A stretch of 17,280 bases of DNA, from the NCBI GenBank assembly GCA_041498975.1, contig JBGQJI010000039.1, positions 1 to 17,280 on the forward strand, in the 5' to 3' direction. The position numbers and the translations under genes were made by a program. Below are positions 15,665 through 17,280 of this stretch, piece after piece (the first letter of the stretch is position 1; each line of letters begins with the position of its first letter). This DNA comes from Candidatus Methylomirabilis sp. (lineage in GTDB: Bacteria; Methylomirabilota; Methylomirabilia; Methylomirabilales; Methylomirabilaceae). Under the pieces are notes generated by a model that had not been told where the DNA came from, did no database searches, and saw only the letters and a list, made by a program, of their open reading frames with translations.

Positions 15665-17280
15665 ATGGCTGACTATTGGGAAAAGGTCGTAAGCGTTGGC
15701 TCCTCCATCGCGGTTGCCGCCACCCTGGCTGTCTTGACGATGGGGTGTGAGGGGGACAGGCCCATTCGCCTGGTCCAGCGCGATGTCGATTCGGTGAAGA
15801 GCGAGGTGGCGGCAGTCTCCAGGACAAGCGAAGGCTCACGGGTGTTCGCTGAGGAGAAGATCAACAAGCTCGAAGCGGAGCTCAAGGGTCGGCTGGAGCG
15901 GAGCGAGAATGCCCGGATCGCCCTCCTTGGCCGGGTGGAACGGGAGGAGCGCTCGCGGGCGGCCCTGGAAGAGAGGCTCGGAAAGACCGAGGCCGACCTC
16001 AAGGGCCGGCTGGACCGGAGTGAGAGCGCCAGGATCACCCTCCAGGAGAGGTTGGAACGCAGCGAGCGCGCGCGGGCGGCCCTTGAGGAAAGGCTTGCGA
16101 AGACGGAGTCGGACCTCAAGAGCCAGGTAGCGAAGACGGACACCGACCTGAAGAGCCGCCAGGAGAAGGCAGAAACCGAACTCAAGAACCAGGTCGCGAA
16201 GGCGGACGCAGATCTCAAAGGCCAGTTGGCAAAGATGGATCAGGATTTCAAAGGCCAGGTCGCGAAGGCGGCTCAGGAAAGGAAGGCCGACGTCCAGGGG
16301 TTCCTTTCATCGCAGGCCAATCTGGACACGAAGCTGGACGAGCTGACCACTGAGATGCGCTTGGTGCAAGGGCGATCCGAGGAGATAGGTCACGGCATCT
16401 CGGAGCTGAACAGACATGTCGATGGCCTGGGCGATCAAGTCAGTCAGTTCGGACGGCGATTGGATGGATTTGAGAAGCAGGTCGCTCAGGCCGTGGCAGC
16501 GGCGCAGGAGGCGAAGGTCACGGCCCAGGAGGCAAAGGGCACAAGCGAGAGGGCTGCTGCAGCCGCCCAGGATGCTACAGCCGTATCCCAGCAGGCGGCC
16601 GCCGCCTCGCAGCAGACGGCTCAGCAGGTGTCAGCCACTGGCCAGCAGACCGCGCAGCAAGTGACGGCCGCCCTCCAGCAGACGGCCCAGCAGGCGTCCG
16701 CCGCCACCCAGCAAACCGCGGAGCAGATGACGGCCGCCCTCCAGCAGACGGCCGATCAGACCAATGCCGCAATTCAGCAGCTTCACAAGGCTGTCGAACA
16801 GGCATTGGCCGAGGCCGCGAAGGCGACCACCACGGCGCAGCAGGCGGGGTCCACCGCTCAACAGGCCGTGGATATGGCCCAGCAGGGAGTGGCGGCGTCT
16901 CAGCAGACGGCCCGGCAGGTGACGGCTGCTCTGCAGCAGACGGCCCAGCAGACCAACACCGCGATCCAGCAGGTCAACACGACTGCACAGCTTGCCCTGA
17001 CTGAGGCCCGAAAGGCGGCCAGCATCAGGCCCGCGCAAGCCGCTCCACCGACCCCCGCGGCGACGCAGGCTCCGCCGCCCGCGGCCCAGATCGTGCCTCC
17101 CAAGGTGGTCGCGCCAGCGTCGCCGGCGCCTCCGCCAGCTCCGGCTCCCGCGGAACCGGCGTCGTCCTCTCCTCCGACGTCCCTCCCGCCCGCGGCCCAG
17201 ATCGTGCCTCCCAAGGTGGTCGCGCCAGCGTCGCCGGCGCCTCCGCCAGCTCCGGCTCCCGCGGAACCGACGGCATCTTC
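15665..17280 (+). CDS. cpoB: Probable CpoB/YbgF-like lipoprotein with a very long repeat coiled coil (at least 538 aa, 3' end outside the window)
   Basis: Manually translated open frame from ATG 15665 to the window end with no stop: MADYWEKVVSVGSSIAVAATLAVLTMG-C lipobox-like leader; LDELTTEMRLVQGRSEE resembles the YbgF trimerisation segment; immediately follows pal. The TPR domain is not visible, so the symbol rests largely on synteny. Confidence 0.7.
   Translation, partial: MADYWEKVVSVGSSIAVAATLAVLTMGCEGDRPIRLVQRDVDSVKSEVAAVSRTSEGSRVFAEEKINKLEAELKGRLERSENARIALLGRVEREERSRAALEERLGKTEADLKGRLDRSESARITLQERLERSERARAALEERLAKTESDLKSQVAKTDTDLKSRQEKAETELKNQVAKADADLKGQLAKMDQDFKGQVAKAAQERKADVQGFLSSQANLDTKLDELTTEMRLVQGRSEEIGHGISELNRHVDGLGDQVSQFGRRLDGFEKQVAQAVAAAQEAKVTAQEAKGTSERAAAAAQDATAVSQQAAAASQQTAQQVSATGQQTAQQVTAALQQTAQQASAATQQTAEQMTAALQQTADQTNAAIQQLHKAVEQALAEAAKATTTAQQAGSTAQQAVDMAQQGVAASQQTARQVTAALQQTAQQTNTAIQQVNTTAQLALTEARKAASIRPAQAAPPTPAATQAPPPAAQIVPPKVVAPASPAPPPAPAPAEPASSSPPTSLPPAAQIVPPKVVAPASPAPPPAPAPAEPTAS
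17075..17269 (+). repeat. Intragenic direct repeat, 2 x 84 bp identical, period 111 bp
   Basis: 17075-17158 equals 17186-17269, encoding PPAAQIVPPKVVAPASPAPPPAPAPAEP. Confidence 0.95.

Noticed and set aside
16110..16980. 33-bp periodicity considered as a CRISPR array
   Set aside because: In-frame degenerate coding repeats with no constant repeat/unique spacer pattern and no cas genes.
15673..17276. Repetitive short ORFs on both strands in the track
   Set aside because: Alternative-frame readings of the single long plus-strand ORF starting at 15665.

Overview
A GC-rich bacterial window with two divergent blocks that meet at about 10420-10609. The minus-strand block, in transcription order, holds: a large Cache-HAMP-GAF-PAS-PAS histidine kinase, an NtrC-family sigma54 activator, a strong sigma54 promoter with candidate enhancer sites, a stand-alone receiver protein, a small secreted Met-rich protein, an ECF sigma factor, two paralogous soluble zinc anti-sigma factors, an archaeal-type glycogen debranching enzyme, an aquaporin with a Cys/His tail, and msrB. 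Two matching ECF-like promoter motifs (GCATC-N16-CGTC) lie inside this block. Together these suggest a self-contained cascade from two-component system to sigma54 to ECF sigma to stress genes (inference). The plus-strand block is a tol-pal operon (tolQ, tolR, tolA-like, tolB, pal, probable cpoB/ybgF). Its Pal has a ~230-aa low-complexity linker. Its probable CpoB is a predicted lipoprotein of at least 538 aa built from 11-residue coiled-coil repeats; it runs off the window end and is missing from the supplied ORF track. No RNA genes, CRISPR arrays or transposases were seen. Taxonomy cannot be established from this window.
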